Shown here piece after piece: positions 59,140 through 64,000 of a stretch of 64,000 nt of DNA. Position 1 is the stretch's first letter. Each line of letters begins with the position of its first letter. The translations under genes were made by a program, and so were the position numbers. Under the pieces are notes generated by a model. The model was given only the letters and a program-made list of their open reading frames with translations. It was not told the origin of the DNA and made no database searches. Origin of the DNA: Oscillospiraceae bacterium (GTDB lineage Bacteria; Bacillota; Clostridia; Oscillospirales; Oscillospiraceae); NCBI GenBank assembly GCA_017466215.1, contig JAFTUO010000065.1:544-64543 (forward strand). Direction: 5' to 3'.

Positions 59140-61374
59140 ATGAGAAAACTGATGTGGCTCACCGTTGGATTTGCGGGTGCTTGCGCATTTGGTGCGTACT
59201 GCTATAATCCGTGGCTGCTCCAAATTGCAGTTGTATGCTTATTTTTGGCGGCTGCTTGCCTTGTGCTGACGCGCTGGAAGATCGGCTTTCGCATTTTTAC
59301 TGCGATTTTCCTGGGCGCGGCATTGGGGTTGAGTTACTTTAACGTGTACGACCTGACGGTGCTGCGTGATGCCAGGGCGATGGACGGCGAAACCCAGACG
59401 ATCACCGTTGCGGTCGCAGATTTCAGCTATCCAACGAATTACGGCTGCGCCTTTGATGGCAATGTGGTACTCGGTGAACGTGCATATAAGGTGCGGACAT
59501 ATCTGAACACTGTGGAGGATCTTGCGCCGGGGCAGCAGGTAAAGGGCGATTTTCGCTTCCGCATCTCATTCTGGAACGAAGACGATTCGCTGAATAACGC
59601 CGGTAAGGGAATTTTCCTGTACGCATATCAAAGCGGCGACTGTACATATCTGAAGCAATATCAGCCTGGCTTGATGGATCTTCCTGCCGTTTGGCGCAAT
59701 GAACTGAAAACGATGATTGGTAACGCTTTTCCCGCAGATACAGAGGGCTTTGCCCGGGCGCTGTTGCTGGGCGACACCAGCGGCGTTGACTATGAAATGG
59801 ATACTGCGCTGAAGGTCAGCGGTATCCGACACGTCATCGCGGTGTCCGGTCTGCACGTTTCGGTTGTGTTTGGTATTCTGTATCTGTTGGCGGGAAAGAA
59901 ACGGGTCTTGACGGCACTCATCGGCATCCCGGCGGTGATATTGTTCGCCGCGCTGGCAGGCTTCACCCCGTCTGTTACCCGTGCCTGCATTATGCAGATC
60001 CTGATGATGGTCGCACTGCTGCTGGAGAAGGATTACGATCCGCCTACGGCACTAGCCTTTGCGGCGCTGGTGATGCTGATCGCAAACCCGATGACCATTG
60101 GCTCGGTCAGCTTCCAGTTATCGGTAAGCTGTATGATCGGCATATTCCTGTTCGCAAGCAGAATTTATACCTGGATGACCCAAACGCCATACCTGGGCAG
60201 AGGAAAAGGCAAGCTGTCCACCTGGATATGCGGCTCGATATCCGTTTCCTTAAGCACGATGGTAACGACGACCCCGCTGACGGCATACTATTTTGGAACG
60301 GTCAGCCTGATTGGCATTGTTACCAATTTGCTTGCCCTTTGGGCAATTACGGTGGTCTTTTACGGCATTATGCTGGTCTGCGCGCTGGGATATATCTGGC
60401 TGCCCCTGGCGCGGTTTATTGGAGGCATCCTCGGGTGGCTCATCCGGTATGTGGAAGCGACTGCTGTTGTGATGGCGTCTGTGCCTATGGGTGCGGTGTA
60501 TACGAAGAGTACGTATATCGTGATCTGGCTGATTTTTGCTTATGTGCTGCTGGCGATCTATCTGCTGAGCCGGAAGAAGCCTGCGATGCTGTTTTCCGGA
60601 TTGGTGGTTTGCGCGCTCCTGGCTGCGGTAGCGCTGTCCTGGGTCGAGCCATTGCTGGGCGAATGCCGGATTACAATGCTGGATGTTGGACAGGGACAGG
60701 CGATCCTGCTGCAAAGCGAGGGAAAGAGCTTTCTTGTGGACTGCGGCGGCGACTATGATGAAGGTGCTGCCGACGTTACGGCAGAAACGCTGCTTTCGCA
60801 GGGGATATATAAGCTGGACGGCATCATCCTGACGCACTACGATGGCGACCACGCCGGCGGCGTGCCGCATTTGCTGACTCGGGTGGCGGCGGAAAATTTG
60901 TTTCTTCCATATGCGGAGGACCCGGATGGTGTGGCTTCAAATCTGCAAAGCAAATCCGATGCAGCCGTTCATTTTGTTCACGAAGACGTGAAATTATGTT
61001 ATGGCAATGCGCAAATTACGATTTTTGCGCCGGTTTCTTATAATTCCGGCAACGAAAGCAGTATGTGTATCTTGTTCCAAACGGAAAATTGTGATATACT
61101 GGTAATAGGCGACCGGAGTGAGAAGACAGAGCGGATGCTTCTGGATCGGCGGGATCTGCCGGAGCTGGACGTGCTTGTGGCGGGTCATCACGGATCGAAA
61201 ACATCCACAAGCATAGAGCTGCTGGAGGCAACAAAGCCGGAGTACGTGTTTATCTCGGTGGGGAAGGACAATCCCTATGGCCATCCGGCAAAGCAGACCA
61301 TAGAAAGACTTTTGGAGTTTGGCTGCAAGATTCTTCGTACCGATGAGCATGGTACGGTAATTTTCAGGAGGTGA
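59140..61374 (+). CDS. comEC: DNA uptake channel ComEC/Rec2 with MBL domain
   Basis: H..AVSGLH, PSV.RA, SFQLS, LDVGQG, TH.D.DH.GG, HHGS, N.YGHP, RTD..G. Confidence 0.94.
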   Translation: MRKLMWLTVGFAGACAFGAYCYNPWLLQIAVVCLFLAAACLVLTRWKIGFRIFTAIFLGAALGLSYFNVYDLTVLRDARAMDGETQTITVAVADFSYPTNYGCAFDGNVVLGERAYKVRTYLNTVEDLAPGQQVKGDFRFRISFWNEDDSLNNAGKGIFLYAYQSGDCTYLKQYQPGLMDLPAVWRNELKTMIGNAFPADTEGFARALLLGDTSGVDYEMDTALKVSGIRHVIAVSGLHVSVVFGILYLLAGKKRVLTALIGIPAVILFAALAGFTPSVTRACIMQILMMVALLLEKDYDPPTALAFAALVMLIANPMTIGSVSFQLSVSCMIGIFLFASRIYTWMTQTPYLGRGKGKLSTWICGSISVSLSTMVTTTPLTAYYFGTVSLIGIVTNLLALWAITVVFYGIMLVCALGYIWLPLARFIGGILGWLIRYVEATAVVMASVPMGAVYTKSTYIVIWLIFAYVLLAIYLLSRKKPAMLFSGLVVCALLAAVALSWVEPLLGECRITMLDVGQGQAILLQSEGKSFLVDCGGDYDEGAADVTAETLLSQGIYKLDGIILTHYDGDHAGGVPHLLTRVAAENLFLPYAEDPDGVASNLQSKSDAAVHFVHEDVKLCYGNAQITIFAPVSYNSGNESSMCILFQTENCDILVIGDRSEKTERMLLDRRDLPELDVLVAGHHGSKTSTSIELLEATKPEYVFISVGKDNPYGHPAKQTIERLLEFGCKILRTDEHGTVIFRR

Positions 61375-61378
61375 TATC

Positions 61379-62416
61379 TTGGCAAAGCAGGATTTTAGTG
61401 CATTGCAGGAGCTGAAAGCCGCTATCAAGGCGAAAAAGCCGGAACGGCTGTACTTCTTCCACGGCGAAGAAATGTTTTTGCTGCGGTATTACTTGGGTCA
61501 GGTCAAGAAGCTCCTGATCGACGAACTGACGGAATCCTTTAATTTCCATCGGTTTACCAATGAGACCTTTGCGATGCAAGACTTTGCGGATGCGGTGGAA
61601 AATCTGCCGATGATGGCGGATCACACGATGGTGCAGGTGGATGATATCGACCTGTTCAAGCTGGCTGAATCGGATCGCAGTAAGATCATCGAGATCCTCA
61701 GCGATATCCCTGAATACTGCACCGTGGTATTTACCTATGAAACTGTAAATTGGAAGCCTGATAAGCGGCTGAAGCTGCTGTATGATGCGGTTAGCAAGAA
61801 CGGACAGATCGTGGAATTTGCCAAGCAGGATCAGCGGGAGCTGATCAGCTGGATCATCCGCCATTTTGCCGCGCTGAAGAAGCGGATCACCCCGGATCTT
61901 TGCGCGTATCTGATCGACATTACCGACGGCACGATGACATCCTTGCGCAGTGAGATCAGCAAGATCGCGTCCTATTCCGGTGCTGAGGACATCTGCAAGG
62001 CGGATATTGACGCAGTTACTGAGCCTGTTCCGGATGCGGTGGCATTCCAGATGGCCAGCGATATCAGCAGCGGAAAGTATGACAATGCGATGACAAAGCT
62101 GCAGCAGCTGCTGAAGATGCAGGAGGAACCGCTGACCATACTGGGCACCATCGGCTCTCATTTTCGCCGCATTGGCACAGCCAGAACCTTGCTGGATAAC
62201 GGCAAAAACGCTTCTGAGCTTATGCGGCTTTACGGTATGGCGGACTATGCCGCCCGCAAGACGATGGAATCGGCACGCCGTTTTTCGCCGGCGTTCTGCA
62301 AGCGCGCTTCTGAGCTGATTTTGGAAACGGATCGCAAGATCAAGACCTCCTTTGACACGCCGCAGCGGCTGCTGGAGATCCTGATCCTGCAGCTGGCACA
62401 GGAGGCATCGCGGTGA
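61379..62416 (+). CDS. holA: DNA polymerase III delta subunit
   Basis: LYFFHGEE.FL, LPMMA, EISK; canonical position after comEC; TTG start after AGGAGG. Confidence 0.9.
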   Translation: MAKQDFSALQELKAAIKAKKPERLYFFHGEEMFLLRYYLGQVKKLLIDELTESFNFHRFTNETFAMQDFADAVENLPMMADHTMVQVDDIDLFKLAESDRSKIIEILSDIPEYCTVVFTYETVNWKPDKRLKLLYDAVSKNGQIVEFAKQDQRELISWIIRHFAALKKRITPDLCAYLIDITDGTMTSLRSEISKIASYSGAEDICKADIDAVTEPVPDAVAFQMASDISSGKYDNAMTKLQQLLKMQEEPLTILGTIGSHFRRIGTARTLLDNGKNASELMRLYGMADYAARKTMESARRFSPAFCKRASELILETDRKIKTSFDTPQRLLEILILQLAQEASR

Positions 62417-62997
62417 TCAGGATTCGGGAAGCCATTGTGGTGGAGGGCCGCTACGATAAGAATACCTTGGCCCAGATCGTGGATGCACCGATCCTGGAGA
62501 CCTCCGGTTTTGCTATTTTCAAGGATAAAGAGCAGCTTGCGCTTCTTCGTAAGGTGGCGCACCAGCGGGGACTGATCGTATTTACAGACTCCGACGGTGC
62601 GGGCTTTGTGATCCGCAATCACCTGAAGAGCGCCATTGAGCCTAAGTATCTGAAGCACGCCTACATCCCGGATATTTTCGGCAAGGAGCGCCGAAAGGCA
62701 GTTGCCGGCAAAGAGGGAAAGCTTGGCGTGGAGGGGATGCGCCCCGAAACCCTTGTGGAGGCCCTACGCCGCGCAGGCGCGACCTTTGAGGATGAGAAGA
62801 CCCACACACCCCAGACTATCACAAAGCAGGATCTGGTGGAGCTGGGGCTGTCCGGCGGCAAGGATAGCAGCGAAAAGCGCAAGGCGTTGCTGAAAAAGCT
62901 GGAGCTGCCGGAGCATATGAGCGCAAATGCAATGCTGCAGGCGCTGAATCTGCTCTATACTGCGGATGAACTGCGGCAATTTATGCAGGAGAAATAA
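62413..62997 (+). CDS. rnmV: Toprim/DUF4093 protein, ribonuclease M5-like
   Basis: IVVEG.YD, FTD.D.AG..IR, LGVE, DL.ELGL.G. Confidence 0.85.
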   Translation: MIRIREAIVVEGRYDKNTLAQIVDAPILETSGFAIFKDKEQLALLRKVAHQRGLIVFTDSDGAGFVIRNHLKSAIEPKYLKHAYIPDIFGKERRKAVAGKEGKLGVEGMRPETLVEALRRAGATFEDEKTHTPQTITKQDLVELGLSGGKDSSEKRKALLKKLELPEHMSANAMLQALNLLYTADELRQFMQEK

Positions 62998-62998
62998 A

Positions 62999-64000
62999 AT
63001 GGTAGACATTTCGGTTAAAAATTTAACCAAATTCTTTGTGATTGGTGAGAATCTTCTGGAGGGGCTGAGCTTTGACATCCAGGAGGGAGAGTGCGTTGCC
63101 ATTCTGGGCCGTAACGGCTGCGGAAAGACAACGCTGCTTCGCATTCTCATCGGTGAGATGGACTATGACGACGGCGAGGTATACGTCAATCCCAACAAGC
63201 GGCTTGGCCTGATCTCCCAGATCCCCGTGTTCCCGGAGGGCTACACGGTGGAAAATGTCCTTCGCTGTGCCTATGCAGATCTTGATAGGATCCGCCGGAA
63301 GATGGAAAGCTTAGAGCAGGCGATGGCGCAAAACGCTACAACTGAACAGCTGCGCCTGTACGACAGTCTGGTCAATCAGTTCCAGTCCGGCGGCGGTTAT
63401 GTAATGGACGTGGAAGTGGACAAGGTCTGCAACGGCCTGGGCATCACCGCCGAGCAGCGCGCTCAGGAATTTGACAGCCTTTCCGGCGGCGAAAAGACCC
63501 GGGTAAACCTCGCCCGTTTGCTGTTGGAAAAGACCGATATTTTACTGCTGGACGAGCCGACCAACCATCTGGATCTTCGCAGCGTGGAATGGCTGGAAAG
63601 CTATATTAATGCCTTTAAGGGCACTGTTTTGGCCATCTCCCACGACCGGTATTTTCTGGACCGGGTGGCAGATCGGGTCATCGAGATCGTGGACGGCCAC
63701 GCAGAGTTCTATTCCGGCAACTATTCGTTCTATATCGAAGAAAAGCAGGCCCGCATTGACCTGCAAATGAAGCAGTATGAGCAGGAGCAGGCCAAGCTGA
63801 AACAGCTGGGCTACACCGTGGAGCGGATGAAGGGCTGGGGCATCAACAACCGCACGCTGTACCGCCGTGCGATGTCCATCCAGCACCGTATGGAGCGGAT
63901 CCGAAAGACGGAAAAGCCCAAAACGGAGCGCACGATGAAGGCAAATTTTGCGGAAAAAGAGTTTTCCGGCGATCTGGTGTTCAAAACGAGAAATCTGGGA
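62999..64000 (+). CDS. ABC-F family ATPase (3'-truncated by window edge)
   Basis: MVDISVKNL.., GRNGCGKTT, LSGGEKTR, LLLDEPTNHLD, ISHDRYFLD, GNYS; missing from ORF track because no stop in window. Confidence 0.9.
   Translation, partial: MVDISVKNLTKFFVIGENLLEGLSFDIQEGECVAILGRNGCGKTTLLRILIGEMDYDDGEVYVNPNKRLGLISQIPVFPEGYTVENVLRCAYADLDRIRRKMESLEQAMAQNATTEQLRLYDSLVNQFQSGGGYVMDVEVDKVCNGLGITAEQRAQEFDSLSGGEKTRVNLARLLLEKTDILLLDEPTNHLDLRSVEWLESYINAFKGTVLAISHDRYFLDRVADRVIEIVDGHAEFYSGNYSFYIEEKQARIDLQMKQYEQEQAKLKQLGYTVERMKGWGINNRTLYRRAMSIQHRMERIRKTEKPKTERTMKANFAEKEFSGDLVFKTRNLG

Noticed and set aside
60829-60860. ComEC MBL motif THYDGDH deviating from HxHxDH
   Set aside because: His-to-Asp variant is common in ComEC proteins.

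Overview
A 64 kb core-chromosome segment from an endospore-forming Clostridia-class bacterium (GC roughly 55%; gene content and style suggest Oscillospiraceae, by inference). No prophage, integrase, transposase, CRISPR array or defence island is visible. Contents in order: truncated GNAT gene; lipoprotein plus 3-gene ABC-2 exporter; type III glutamine synthetase; aminotransferase/LUD/GtrA genes; a complete 8-gene shikimate/Phe/Tyr operon (aroF-tyrA-aroB-aroA-aroC-pheA-aroE/aroK fusion-aroQ); a Zn-PLC-family gene; an atypical membrane Ser/Thr kinase divergent from a zinc-ribbon/Ig membrane protein; ispE, spoIIR, addBA; spoVAD/AE; an NlpC/P60 hydrolase; reoM; T-box-controlled pheST; nnrD, a lipoprotein and mazF; pepF, asnA; tRNA-Thr(CGT); three related repeat-rich surface proteins; udg, dac, comEA, exoA, T-box-controlled alaS, comEC, holA, rnmV and a truncated ABC-F gene. 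The most interesting signals are absent from the supplied ORF track: (1) a 22-aa Phe/Tyr-rich leader peptide with a full alternative-hairpin attenuator upstream of the aro operon; (2) a 33-aa microprotein that is 79% Asn/Gln behind spoVAE, with its own RBS and a forespore-type promoter candidate; (3) a 162-bp integrase-free palindromic mini-element that duplicates the tRNA-Thr 3' end and terminator. Also notable are the triple surface-protein cluster, the non-canonical kinase/Ig pair and an antitoxin-less mazF. All calls are from reading motifs by eye; no database searches were run.
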